From Candidatus Micrarchaeia archaeon (GTDB lineage Archaea; Micrarchaeota; Micrarchaeia; CABMEP01): a stretch of DNA of 64,000 bases. Below are positions 50,052 through 60,256 of the stretch, in pieces; position 1 is the stretch's first letter; every line of letters starts with the position of its first letter. The position numbers were made by a program, and so were the translations under genes. Under the pieces are notes generated by a model. It ran no database searches and was not told the DNA's origin. It was given only the letters and a program-made list of their open reading frames with translations. The stretch is taken from assembly GCA_038881595.1 (NCBI GenBank), contig JAVZPM010000002.1:32001-96000 (forward strand), read 5' to 3'.

Positions 50052-51518
50052 TCATTTCATAGCTTTTACTCCAATTTTCTTTAGAATACTTTCCACTTCT
50101 TTTTCATCTACTCCAATTGAAATCTCATTTGTTAAGGCCATATTCTTAACTAGAGAGGCAGATGAGCCTTCAGGAGTTTCGTTTGGACATAATCTTCCAA
50201 ATTGAGTTCCATGCAGATCTCTTGCTTCAAAGTGAGGATGCACTCTGCTAAGTGGTGAATTGATTCTTCTTAAATGGGAAACTGTCGCTAGATAAGAGAC
50301 TCTATCAAGAAGCTGACATACTCCGGTTTGCCCCGCTATCCAGTTTCCAGTAGCCATCGCATATCTTATTCTATCACTTAAAGAATCAGGTCTAACAAAT
50401 GTTTGTACATCTTGCAACCTTCTTCCTCTTGCAACAGCTCTTTCTGCTTGGTAGGCTATATCTCTTACCAAGAACTGGAATGAGTATCTAAATAACTCTT
50501 CCATCAAAACTCCACTTAATTTAATTCTTTTATTTCCATAATGATCTTTATCATCTGCAGGATATTTCTTGTTTGCTACAAGTGTTGTTCTTTGTGCCAT
50601 TAATGCAAGGAATTTTGCTTTAAGATGCTTTGCAGCAGGAGTAGTTCCAAAGTGAGGTAGTAAATAATTGTTTAATAACACTTCTACTCTTTTGTCTCTA
50701 TATTCTTTGGGTTGTCCAGGAACTGCTTTTTTACCGATCTCATCTATTGCATCATCAACAGTCTTTACCTCACCAATTTCTATATTTAAAAGCACATCAT
50801 TGATTACATGCTTATCATCGTCAAATAATTCAAGTATATCATCATCTTTCTTTATTCCAAGAGCACGAAGTACAACCATAAATGGTAGTTTAGGTGGAGC
50901 AGCTGGAAATTCAATAGTCCATGTACCATCTTCTGATCTGTTTACCGCACATCTCATTCTTGCTCCGCCGCTCTGTGAAAATATTTTCGCTGTGATTATC
51001 GATCCTTGTTTTTCTTTGGTTACCATAATTCTATTTGCAATCAAATCTTCTATTCCGATTAAAACTCTCTCTGTTCCATTTATGATCATATATCCTCCTG
51101 GATCCATTGGGTCTTCTCCTGCTTTTATCAGTTCTCCTCTGGACATTCCTTCGGTATAACATATTTTTGACCTTACCATAGCAGGGACATCTCCGATATA
51201 AGCAATTGTGGTTTTTCTTTCAATATCATTTATTATAGGGGTTATTTCCATGTATACTCTTCCAGCATAAGTAAGATCTCTTTGCCTAGCTTCCATAGGT
51301 AAAATAGGTCTTGTTGCAGAATCAGATTCGATAACAATAGGTTTTTCAACCCAGGCCCTCCCAAGTTTAAGTTCATAATTCGGAACATTAGGTCTTATTA
51401 CTCCAACTGAACTTACTATTTTTTGTATCCCTTCTTCTATAAATCTATTATATGAGTCAAGATGCTGCTTGACTAATTTATTTTCATTTAAATATTTCTC
51501 TAATAGATCCTTTGTCAC
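50052..51518 (-). CDS. rpoB2: RNA polymerase subunit B'' (Rpo2N)
   Basis: DPGGY.IING.E, DDKDHYGNKR and CPNETPEG. Confidence 0.97.
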   Translation of the reverse strand: MTKDLLEKYLNENKLVKQHLDSYNRFIEEGIQKIVSSVGVIRPNVPNYELKLGRAWVEKPIVIESDSATRPILPMEARQRDLTYAGRVYMEITPIINDIERKTTIAYIGDVPAMVRSKICYTEGMSRGELIKAGEDPMDPGGYMIINGTERVLIGIEDLIANRIMVTKEKQGSIITAKIFSQSGGARMRCAVNRSEDGTWTIEFPAAPPKLPFMVVLRALGIKKDDDILELFDDDKHVINDVLLNIEIGEVKTVDDAIDEIGKKAVPGQPKEYRDKRVEVLLNNYLLPHFGTTPAAKHLKAKFLALMAQRTTLVANKKYPADDKDHYGNKRIKLSGVLMEELFRYSFQFLVRDIAYQAERAVARGRRLQDVQTFVRPDSLSDRIRYAMATGNWIAGQTGVCQLLDRVSYLATVSHLRRINSPLSRVHPHFEARDLHGTQFGRLCPNETPEGSSASLVKNMALTNEISIGVDEKEVESILKKIGVKAMK

Positions 51519-51603
51519 GTAATCATCCCCATGAGCTAGATTTTATATTTTTTAGATCTCATTCGAGATCTAAACTTTTAGATCGAGATCAAAATAAGAC
51601 TCA

Positions 51604-51870
51604 TCAAACAACTACTCTGTAATAAATGTTTTTTGCATGTTTTTCTTCTCTGTGTATTCTTATTATGTCTCCTTTTTTCGGATTAAGATGCCTTATAGCT
51701 GGATCATCTATTTTTATTTTTGGTAACTGTTCCTTTGTAGCATTAAGGCTCTCCAGTAACTTTTTTTCATCTTCTTCTTTTACTATTTCATGTTTAGGAA
51801 TTAGTTTATGCACTATAGGTTCATTTTCAAAATTCGAAATTTTGGGTTTTTTAACCTTAGTTTTGGCCAA
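51604..51870 (-). CDS. rpoH: RNA polymerase subunit H (Rpo5)
   Basis: HKLIPKHEI, LPKI...DP and YYRVV. Confidence 0.95.
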   Translation of the reverse strand: MAKTKVKKPKISNFENEPIVHKLIPKHEIVKEEDEKKLLESLNATKEQLPKIKIDDPAIRHLNPKKGDIIRIHREEKHAKNIYYRVVV

Positions 51871-52098
51871 ATTATCACCATAGAATGCCGGTTAGATATC
51901 ACTAAGGATAGCCTAACAACTAGCATTTCTTTCAGAGATCTAGATCTAAAAGCAAATTATATTAGTTATTAAGATTTATAAATATTTTGTTACTTTTAGA
52001 TTTTTTTCTTTTTAATCTACCAGTGATATTTTTTGGTTAGTTTTTTAAAACTCACTATATATTTCAATAATATAATTTAATGTTTAATCAGTGATAAG

Positions 52099-52467
52099 AT
52101 GAACGATATAGGAGAGCAGCTTTCTTTAGTACTTAAAGAAATTAAAAGTTCAGGAGATGTCGAGGCTTCTGTTATAATGAGAAGAGATGGAATAATTATA
52201 TCTTCAGATTTTCAAGATATTTCTTCAAAAAATCTTTCAGTTATGTCCTCACTTATTTCAGTTGCTGAGTTATCTTCTTTAGAATTAAAACGTGGCGTTT
52301 TTCAAGAGATGATGATTGAAAGTGAAAATGGTAAGATTATTTTGATCAATGCAGGAAAAAATGCAGTTTTACTTTCATTTGTTAAAAAAGAAGGAAATAT
52401 AGGTTTTATTTTAATTACTTTAGAAAGTGCAGCAAAAAAAATACAAAGTATAATTGATAAAATTTAG
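52099..52467 (+). CDS. Roadblock/LC7 (MglB-like) domain protein
   Basis: V..S....RDG..I.S, EL.RG....MI..ENG.I...NAG..A.L pattern. Confidence 0.85.
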   Translation: MNDIGEQLSLVLKEIKSSGDVEASVIMRRDGIIISSDFQDISSKNLSVMSSLISVAELSSLELKRGVFQEMMIESENGKIILINAGKNAVLLSFVKKEGNIGFILITLESAAKKIQSIIDKI

Positions 52468-52483
52468 ATATTATATTTGATAG

Positions 52484-53230
52484 GTGGATCGAATGGAAAA
52501 TACAGTAAAGAAAAAGTTATTCTTTACCTCTCTTCCTAGGGTTCCTTCAGGTATATTTGGACTTGATGACATGATGGAGGGAGGTTTCGAAAAAAACAGT
52601 TTAAATCTCATATGTGGAGAATCGGGTTCAGGAAAAACTTTGTTTGCAATGCAATTCATTTTCTTCGGTGCACAAAAATATAACGACAATTCATTATTCA
52701 TATCATTTGAAGAGACAAAGGATGAATTAAAAAGGAGAATGGCGAGATTCGGATTTGATCTTACAGCACAAGAGGCGAGTGGAAAACTTTTGATTTATTC
52801 TTATTCTCTAAGAGAAGTAAACAAATTTATTGAAGATCTTCCTAATATAGAAAGTTTGATAAAAAAGAATAAAATATCTAGAATAGCATTTGATTCTCTT
52901 ACAACCTACTCTGCTTTCTTCGATAATCCTTCAAGAAGAACACTTGAGATAATTTCATTGATCGATAAATTCAAAAAACTAGATTGCACAATTGTTATCA
53001 CTTCTGATCTTAAAATACCTTCTAAGACATTAGAAGCAGAGGAAGGATTGATCAATGAATATTTAGTTGATTCGGTAATTTCACTTTATTCTGTGAGAAG
53101 GGGAGATATTAGAGATTTTGGACTTGAGATAATAAAAATGAGGGGTACAAATCATAGCAGAAAAATTGTTCCAATGAGAATAGTACCTACGGGGATGATA
53201 GTATATCCAGATATGCCATTTATTAAGTAA
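52484..53230 (+). CDS. KaiC-like (RAD55/RecA superfamily) single-domain ATPase
   Basis: SGIFGLD, GESGSGKT, SFEE, RIAFDSL and KMRGTNH. Confidence 0.9.
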   Translation: MDRMENTVKKKLFFTSLPRVPSGIFGLDDMMEGGFEKNSLNLICGESGSGKTLFAMQFIFFGAQKYNDNSLFISFEETKDELKRRMARFGFDLTAQEASGKLLIYSYSLREVNKFIEDLPNIESLIKKNKISRIAFDSLTTYSAFFDNPSRRTLEIISLIDKFKKLDCTIVITSDLKIPSKTLEAEEGLINEYLVDSVISLYSVRRGDIRDFGLEIIKMRGTNHSRKIVPMRIVPTGMIVYPDMPFIK

Positions 53231-53269
53231 TTCTAGAACGATTTGTTTTAATTGTAAGTTATTTTTTAA

Positions 53270-55294
53270 TTAGACTTTTAGTTCTTTTCTTAGTTCTTTT
53301 ATTAACTTCTCTTTTCTCTTACTGTCTTTGATTGCATGTTCAATTACATCTATGAGGTTGTTTACAGCTATTATCTCTATTTTCTTTCTTTTTTCTTCAT
53401 CCAATACGATATCATCTAAATTCTCTTTCGGAACAATTACTGCTTTTAATCCTGCATCAACAGCAGCTTCAACTTTAGCTGTAACTCCGCCTACTGGAAG
53501 AACTTCTCCTCTTACGCTTAATGAACCAGTCATTGCAACATCTTGTCTTATTGCAACTCCTTCCATTGCGCTTAAGACCGCAAGAGCAACAGAAATAGAG
53601 GCGCTATCTCCTTCTACACCTTCGTATGTTTGTAAAAATTGAATATGTATGTCATAACCAGTTACATCTTTTTTCATATGTTTCTTTATTATTGCACTTA
53701 CATTGTCAACTGCTTCTTTTGCAATTTCCCCAAGTTTTCCGGTTGCTATAACCTTTCCTTCGAATTTAGATGAAGCAGGAGTCACTTCTGCAACTATCGG
53801 CATTACCAATCCACTGCTTCCATCACCTATCACCGCTAACCCATTCACTCTTCCGACTTTCGCACCATGAGTCTCTAAAACACTGTATTCTTTCTTTTGT
53901 TCAATCATCATATGTGCAATTTGTTGTTCTATTGTTTTTGCAACTCCTTTTGCCTTAAGTACATGTGATACGTCAGTCACAGGAGAGTTTTCACTTTTTG
54001 CTATATCTCCAGCAGCCCTTATAAGACCACCTAGTTCTCTTAATTTTAATGTAAGTCTTCTTTTTCTACCAGCTTTTCTTTTTGCCTCTTTGATTATTTC
54101 TATAACAGCATCTCTTGTGAAGTGAGGTATTTTTCCGTCCTTCTTTACCTCCTGTGCAACGAATCTAACTAATTTCTCCCTATTTTCCTTAGTGTCCGGC
54201 ATAGTGTCATTAAGGTATACTTCATATCCGTATCCTCTTATTCTTGATCTTAATGCAGGGTGCATATTTTGAAGATCATTTAAATTTCCTGCTGCAACGA
54301 GAACAAAGTCACATGGAACTGGTTCAGTTCTAGTTAAAGCACCACTTGACATCTCACTTTGACCTGTAATTGGGAATTTCTTTTCCTGCATTGCAGTGAG
54401 CAGATCTTGTTGTGATTTTGGATTTAACGTTCCAATTTCATCTATATAAAGAACACCCATATCAGCTCTATGAATCGCTCCACTCTCAACTCTGAGATGT
54501 GCCGGAGTACCCAAACCCCCTGTTTGTAGTGGATCATGTCGTACGTCTCCAAAAAGGGCTCCTGCTTTAGCACCAGTAGCTTCGATGAAAGGTGCGGTTC
54601 TTCTTCCAGTGTTGTCAACTATAAGCTTTGGTTCATTATATTCTTCCCTTCTGATTCCACTTTGAAGTCTTGACGTAAACATCCACATTGCAAGAAAGAA
54701 CAATCCTCCAAGTACAATAGCAGCAATTATTGAAGAGTATTTCTCAATTTCTGAAAGTACTGAAAGGTCTACGAATTGAAATATTAGCAAACCGATTATG
54801 AGAATGATAAGTAATGTAGTTATCCAAGATATGCCACTTTGTTTTTTTGGCATTAGTTTTTGCATCTTGCTTGCAAGTATTATTTTTCTTCCTTGTCCAA
54901 TTTTTTCCTCTTCAGGCGCATTTTCAGGTGGAAGTCCATTAGGGTAGGTAAGTACTGTTTTAATCTTTGGATTATTTTCATCGAATTCATTTGGATATAC
55001 TAATACATCTCTCAGGTTTTCTGCAGGCATTAATTCAGCCATTCCTTGTGCAAGCATACTTTTCCCAGTACCTGGAGAACCAAGAAGAAGAACGTTTCTT
55101 CTCTGTGCAGCAGCTTTCTTTACTATTTCTACTGCCTTATCCTGTCCTATTATTTGATCGATTATTTTTTCAGGTATTTTTATTTCTGCGGTTGTATTAA
55201 ATTTAGGAATAGTTTTTTCAATATCTTCTAAATCTTCACTTATTTTTCTTGTTTTTTTATTTTCTTTTTTTAATTTTAAAGTTTTCTCTTTCAT
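53270..55294 (-). CDS. lonB: Membrane-bound Lon protease LonB
   Basis: GSPGTGKS, two TM inserts, GDVRHDP, EGDSAS and GGVTAK (Ser-Lys dyad). Confidence 0.96.
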   Translation of the reverse strand: MKEKTLKLKKENKKTRKISEDLEDIEKTIPKFNTTAEIKIPEKIIDQIIGQDKAVEIVKKAAAQRRNVLLLGSPGTGKSMLAQGMAELMPAENLRDVLVYPNEFDENNPKIKTVLTYPNGLPPENAPEEEKIGQGRKIILASKMQKLMPKKQSGISWITTLLIILIIGLLIFQFVDLSVLSEIEKYSSIIAAIVLGGLFFLAMWMFTSRLQSGIRREEYNEPKLIVDNTGRRTAPFIEATGAKAGALFGDVRHDPLQTGGLGTPAHLRVESGAIHRADMGVLYIDEIGTLNPKSQQDLLTAMQEKKFPITGQSEMSSGALTRTEPVPCDFVLVAAGNLNDLQNMHPALRSRIRGYGYEVYLNDTMPDTKENREKLVRFVAQEVKKDGKIPHFTRDAVIEIIKEAKRKAGRKRRLTLKLRELGGLIRAAGDIAKSENSPVTDVSHVLKAKGVAKTIEQQIAHMMIEQKKEYSVLETHGAKVGRVNGLAVIGDGSSGLVMPIVAEVTPASSKFEGKVIATGKLGEIAKEAVDNVSAIIKKHMKKDVTGYDIHIQFLQTYEGVEGDSASISVALAVLSAMEGVAIRQDVAMTGSLSVRGEVLPVGGVTAKVEAAVDAGLKAVIVPKENLDDIVLDEEKRKKIEIIAVNNLIDVIEHAIKDSKRKEKLIKELRKELKV

Positions 55295-55375
55295 TAAATC
55301 ACATTATTAATCATATAATATTAATCTAAAAATTTAAAAAAAATATATTTTCAAAAATATTACATTTTCATCACT

Positions 55376-56155
55376 TTATTTCAATCTTGAAAAAGCAGTA
55401 TCTCCAGATGGCAGAAGATGAAGTAATTCATCTTTTTTAACATTTAGTTGCTTTGCGATTTTTTCTGCAACTATATCTTTTGAATATCTTCCAGGTTGCA
55501 GAGTAAAACAAATCTTGAATTTATCGGCTCCACTCTCTTCTGGAAGACACAGAAGTTCACCATTTTCATTTAATCCGATAAGTAATTTTAATTGAACTCC
55601 TCTGAAGTAATTTTTTCTTCCTGAAATAAAAAAACTTCCTTTTTGTAGATATTCTCCAGATGGCGGGGATTTACTTACTTGATCTTTCGTTACATAATAG
55701 ACATCGACACTTCCATATCCTGTCTTCCATGCGGATGAATAACAAGCAGCAAATTGAGCAGTTTGTTTAAGAGAGGATTCTGGTGCATTTTTCCCTTTTT
55801 TAAGTACTACAGCAGGAGCTCCAATTATGTCAGCGTGAAAAAATAAATCATCGTTCTCAAGCCTTTTTTTGACTATTTCTTCATTCTGTCCTGCGCTTTT
55901 TCCACCTATTGCTAAAAATCCATCTGTTGTAAAGAACCAATGATACTGACTATACCATTCTTTCTTCTCTTGTTTTTTTTCTTGTTTCTTCTCTTTTTTT
56001 TCTTTTAGTCTTTCCGTTTCTTTTTCCATTTCTTTTTTCGTTTCTTCTATTGCTTTTTTCGTTTCTTCCAGTTTTCTTTTCAACTTTTTGGCATTTTCAA
56101 AATAAGTATTTGCATTGTCAAAAACTTCCTTATTTGGATCGATTATTATTTCCAT
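55376..56155 (-). CDS. Short NFACT-R/NFACT-C (DUF814; Rqc2/NEMF C-terminal part) protein
   Basis: NA..YFE.AKK, WY..YHWF, GGKSA.QNE, FFHADIIGAP and SGEYL.KGSF. Confidence 0.85.
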   Translation of the reverse strand: MEIIIDPNKEVFDNANTYFENAKKLKRKLEETKKAIEETKKEMEKETERLKEKKEKKQEKKQEKKEWYSQYHWFFTTDGFLAIGGKSAGQNEEIVKKRLENDDLFFHADIIGAPAVVLKKGKNAPESSLKQTAQFAACYSSAWKTGYGSVDVYYVTKDQVSKSPPSGEYLQKGSFFISGRKNYFRGVQLKLLIGLNENGELLCLPEESGADKFKICFTLQPGRYSKDIVAEKIAKQLNVKKDELLHLLPSGDTAFSRLK

Positions 56156-56222
56156 ATCTATCAATACTCGAAATATTATAAATCAGATATTAAGAAGAAA
56201 ATAAAGATCTTAAAATAAGTCT

Positions 56223-56411
56223 TTATTCTTTTATTTTTGCTGCATATCTACCTGGGGACTTTATACCTAATTTCTTTGCGATCTCAGAAACTTCTGGATT
56301 AATTATTATTACCTCTCCACTCCATCTATCTGTTAATCGTTCGCTTCCACAGAGCGGACACTTGTTTTGACCTTTTGAAATATATTTACAATCTTTGCAT
56401 GCTTTTTCCAT
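56223..56411 (-). CDS. spt4: Transcription elongation factor Spt4 (RpoE'')
   Basis: KACKDC...CPLCGS...W.G...PG.YA.K zinc ribbon. Confidence 0.95.
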   Translation of the reverse strand: MEKACKDCKYISKGQNKCPLCGSERLTDRWSGEVIIINPEVSEIAKKLGIKSPGRYAAKIKE

Positions 56412-56439
56412 ATAAACACCTGTGATTCTTTATATTAAA

Positions 56440-57051
56440 TTATTTTTTCTTTCCTTTTTCAGTTTTCTTCTCTTTATCTTCTTCTTTTTCTACTTTCTTT
56501 GTTTTCTTTCCTTTCTCTTCTTCATATAACCAAGTTAAATTTCCTAATCCATCTCCCTTCATTGTCATTGCAATCTTAGTTTCAGGAATTGTTGGTTTCA
56601 TACTAACAGATACTATTCTTGCTCTTACAATATCTCCTTTCTTTACAGTATGTTTGCTTCCTTTTAGAAGAAGGCTTCCTGTTTTTTTATCAAATGTTAT
56701 AAAGTCATTTGCGATTTGAGATAAGTGAACAAGTCCATCAAATGGGCCTATATTTATAAATATTCCAAAATCCATAACCTCTGTTACTTCTCCATTAACA
56801 ATTTCATGTGTTTCTGGAATATATACAAGTACATTATATTTGACGTCGTAGTATGCAGCTCCATCACCTAATACAACCTTTCCTCCTTTTATGTCATGTA
56901 TATTCCATATTTTTAATACAACTCCATATTCTAGGTCAACTTTTCTTTCGTATTTGTCTTGTAATATTCTTAATATGGAATCATTAAGTTCCATTGTGAA
57001 ATATGAAGGAGGCACTCTGATTGTATCAGAAATCGTTATAACTTTGTACAT
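56440..57051 (-). CDS. rpoE: RNA polymerase subunit E' (Rpo7)
   Basis: GDGAAY, FG.F..IGPFDGLVH.SQI and an S1 domain; start at the ATG at 57051 behind a GAGGT RBS. Confidence 0.96.
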   Translation of the reverse strand: MYKVITISDTIRVPPSYFTMELNDSILRILQDKYERKVDLEYGVVLKIWNIHDIKGGKVVLGDGAAYYDVKYNVLVYIPETHEIVNGEVTEVMDFGIFINIGPFDGLVHLSQIANDFITFDKKTGSLLLKGSKHTVKKGDIVRARIVSVSMKPTIPETKIAMTMKGDGLGNLTWLYEEEKGKKTKKVEKEEDKEKKTEKGKKK

Positions 57052-57203
57052 AAGATCAAACCTCACGATTCAAATCAATGTTTTATATTTGGCAAAATCC
57101 AGTAGGACATTGCCATATAATTAATACAATACCTGACTAGCCACTTATAATAGGAATATATTAAATACTATATTTGATTCAGAAAATTTTAAATTGTATT
57201 GAT

Positions 57204-57623
57204 TTAGTCTCTAAGCATTATAATTTGTGCGCCCAACCTTTTTAAATATTGCTTGAGTTTTTTATCGTACGTTACTATAGATAGTTTTTGTTTCTTTGCT
57301 ATTTTTATGAACCATCTATCTAAAGGTGGGTCTGCTTTCTCTACGTTTATTTTCTTGTCAGTTTCCCATTTTTTGATTATTTTTAGTGCTATAGTTGCAT
57401 TTCTTTTTTCAGACAAACTACTCTTCTTTGAGTTGATAATTTTTTCTAATTCATCATATATTCCAGAAGGAATTACTACAATTGATTTGATCCCTCTAAT
57501 TTTTTTATGGAGTGTTTCTAAAATGTCAATCTTTTTTTGTATAGAATAAATAATCGCATTGGTATCAAACGTCAATATTTGTTTTTCTTCTTTCCTTTCT
57601 ATCTCTTTATTTTCAAATTTCAT
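57204..57623 (-). CDS. PIN-domain protein (Fcf1/Utp24-like)
   Basis: FDTNA, DELE and VTYDKKL; conserved position upstream of rpoE. Confidence 0.85.
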   Translation of the reverse strand: MKFENKEIERKEEKQILTFDTNAIIYSIQKKIDILETLHKKIRGIKSIVVIPSGIYDELEKIINSKKSSLSEKRNATIALKIIKKWETDKKINVEKADPPLDRWFIKIAKKQKLSIVTYDKKLKQYLKRLGAQIIMLRD

Positions 57624-57627
57624 TTAA

Positions 57628-60231
57628 TCACTGTTTCGTTTTTATTAGACGTTTCTTAGCTTCGAATATTATTGTAATAATTACAATAAGAGGAATAATG
57701 TACATCCATTGCATCATAGTAAGAGGTTTAAGTTCAAATAAAGATGACAAAAATGGTATGTAAAATGCAGCAAATAGAATTAGAAATGTTAAACAAATAG
57801 AGAGAATAGTATCTGCAGAAATATGTTTCCATGATTCAAGTAAGCTATCTTTTATTGATATTGAGTTTATAGATATTGTTAATACAGTTATAGATAATAT
57901 TGCTATTGCTAATGTTCTACTATATCCTTCAAATATTGGGATTAATGTTAAATATCCAAAGTATATTGATACAACTAGTGCAATTAAAAGCATCGCAAGG
58001 TATTCATTCGTTTCAGGAAATCTTTTTGATGTTTTAATTGCCAATGATTTTTCATATAATCTTTCCTTCGAGAAATTTGTTGCAATTGCAACATCTGCAA
58101 TTAAATTTATAAGCAGTATCTGGGTTGCAGTCATCATGTCTCCTGTAAATACTATTGCGCTTATCATAACAGTAAAAAATATTGCCATATCTGATGCTGA
58201 TAAAGCATAAAAAGTTCTTTCTATATTTCTTCTCATATCCCTGGATTCCTCTATTAGATCTGCTATACTTTCATATCTATCGTTCTTTATTATTCCATCG
58301 GCATTATTCTTTATTATTCCTGGAGCACTCTCAACTGCCAGAGACACATTCGTGTATAATAATGGACTGTAGTCTGTTCCTATGGATTCGATGTATGTGA
58401 CATGATGCCCTTCTTTTTTAAGCGTATCTAATATCATAGCCTCATATTCTTCTGTAGATTCCGAGAAAACAACGGATTCAAGTATTCTTTTTGTTCTTTC
58501 TTCAGCTCTCATATATTTTAGTTCTTCACATATAACTGCTTTGTCTTTTTCAGTCATTATTCCAATTTCTCTTGCAAAGCTTACTGCCTCTCCACTTTTT
58601 GCTTTAGTTATTATAATTGGCTTTATTCCTGCTTCTTTAAGTTCTTGTACTGTTTTTTTGACTTCTTGCTTTGGTGGATCATATATACCTAATAAAGAAA
58701 GGAATGTAAAGTATTTCGGCTCTTCTTTTTTCCAGGCAAATGCAATTGCATATGGTGTTTGTCCATTTGCAGTCATTTTGATTTCTTGATTTTCTATTTC
58801 TTCTTTAATTTTTTCATCAATCTTTAGGAATTTTCCATTCGAGTAGAGTGATTTGCATCTTTCTTTTACTTTTTCAGAAGGTCCAAACATAACAAATGCA
58901 ATTCTGTTTCTTTTCTTTATCTTAACAATTTTTACATCTTCTGTTTCTTTACTTTCAAGCAACACCCATTCTCCTCTTATATTTGTTATTGGAATTCTAT
59001 TTTTCATTGCCATTACTACTAGTGCACCTTCGATTGGATCGCCGTCAAGATAGGGTATATTATCTTTGTACTCTAGTGTTGCTTCTGTAGCAGCTGCAGC
59101 CATTTCTGTCATCATATCTATAGTTGCGTAATTTTTTGTTCCTTTGAAAATACCAAGAACATCCCATCCATCTCCAGTTACATATACTTCTTTTCTATCT
59201 ATCCATATTCTTCTTACTGTAGGTTCGTTTCTTGTCAGTGATTTTAACATTTCTGTAACTACAACTGTAGTCCTGCCAATTTTATCTGCCGCAGCTTCTC
59301 TTCTAAGCACAATGAATTTAGACATCCTTTCTATCGTCGATGCATATATATAAGTTGCAACACTAAATATAGTGTCAGGGATTGCAGCTACTGCAGCGGC
59401 AGCAGCGATTACGATTGCATTAAATAATGGCATTCCGTCTGCAACTAGTTGAAATACGATAATAAGTGAAGCGAGATACACCACATTTCCAAAAGAATCA
59501 GTGGCTCTCTTTACTCTGCTTATCGAATCGTTTTTCTTTGGATCTGTTGATAAAATGTTTTTAATTCCAAAAACAGTATAGTATTTCGTATTCTTTCCTG
59601 TAGCTGTGACTGTTATTGTACATTCTCCCTTTTTAATAAAAGTTCCGGCATAAACAGACGACGGATCTGATTTATATGGCCTAAAGGTTTTTTCTACTTC
59701 CATTTCTGGTACTTTTTCTACAATTCCTCTTTGGAATATGTTTTCATCAACCAAACAGTTTTTAGCTTTAATAACTATTCCATCTGCAGGAACAAGCATT
59801 CCTTCTTCAAGTATTAATATGTCACCTGGAACGATCTCTTCTATATCAAGTCTAATTATCTTTCCATTTCTGTATGCTTTTACATACCCATAAAATTCTT
59901 TAAGATTTTTTATTATTTTTTCTTCACTTTCTCTATTTCTTATCCAATTTATGGAAACTGTTAGCAAGATTATCGAGATGATTAATAGACTATGAGCAAT
60001 ATTCACTGTAGCAAGAAATATAGCTGCAAGAATTAGAATAATAATAGGATAGCTAAATTGTGAAAAAAGTAGTTCCAATTCACCTGTTCTCGCATATTGA
60101 TAAATAACGTTTTTTCCATTTCTCTTGAGTCGTTCATTCGCTTCTTCTGTTGTTAATCCAATAGGTAGATTTTTAATTTCATTACTAATTTTTTCTTTTT
60201 TTTCATTTATTTCTTTTTTTCTCTCCGCCAT
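57628..60231 (-). CDS. P2-type cation-transport ATPase homologue with degenerate catalytic motifs
   Basis: GLT.EEA..RL...G.N, VPGD, VPADG, GDP.E.AL, DPP and about 10 TM helices are retained; DKTGT, TGES, TGD and GDGxND are absent. Confidence 0.85.
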   Translation of the reverse strand: MAERKKEINEKKEKISNEIKNLPIGLTTEEANERLKRNGKNVIYQYARTGELELLFSQFSYPIIILILAAIFLATVNIAHSLLIISIILLTVSINWIRNRESEEKIIKNLKEFYGYVKAYRNGKIIRLDIEEIVPGDILILEEGMLVPADGIVIKAKNCLVDENIFQRGIVEKVPEMEVEKTFRPYKSDPSSVYAGTFIKKGECTITVTATGKNTKYYTVFGIKNILSTDPKKNDSISRVKRATDSFGNVVYLASLIIVFQLVADGMPLFNAIVIAAAAAVAAIPDTIFSVATYIYASTIERMSKFIVLRREAAADKIGRTTVVVTEMLKSLTRNEPTVRRIWIDRKEVYVTGDGWDVLGIFKGTKNYATIDMMTEMAAAATEATLEYKDNIPYLDGDPIEGALVVMAMKNRIPITNIRGEWVLLESKETEDVKIVKIKKRNRIAFVMFGPSEKVKERCKSLYSNGKFLKIDEKIKEEIENQEIKMTANGQTPYAIAFAWKKEEPKYFTFLSLLGIYDPPKQEVKKTVQELKEAGIKPIIITKAKSGEAVSFAREIGIMTEKDKAVICEELKYMRAEERTKRILESVVFSESTEEYEAMILDTLKKEGHHVTYIESIGTDYSPLLYTNVSLAVESAPGIIKNNADGIIKNDRYESIADLIEESRDMRRNIERTFYALSASDMAIFFTVMISAIVFTGDMMTATQILLINLIADVAIATNFSKERLYEKSLAIKTSKRFPETNEYLAMLLIALVVSIYFGYLTLIPIFEGYSRTLAIAILSITVLTISINSISIKDSLLESWKHISADTILSICLTFLILFAAFYIPFLSSLFELKPLTMMQWMYIIPLIVIITIIFEAKKRLIKTKQ

Positions 60232-60256
60232 ATAGATCAGCTAGTAAAAGCATTTA

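Noticed and set aside
44537..55294. Inteins in RNA polymerase subunits or LonB
   Set aside because: Protein lengths are normal and I saw no intein or homing-endonuclease motifs.
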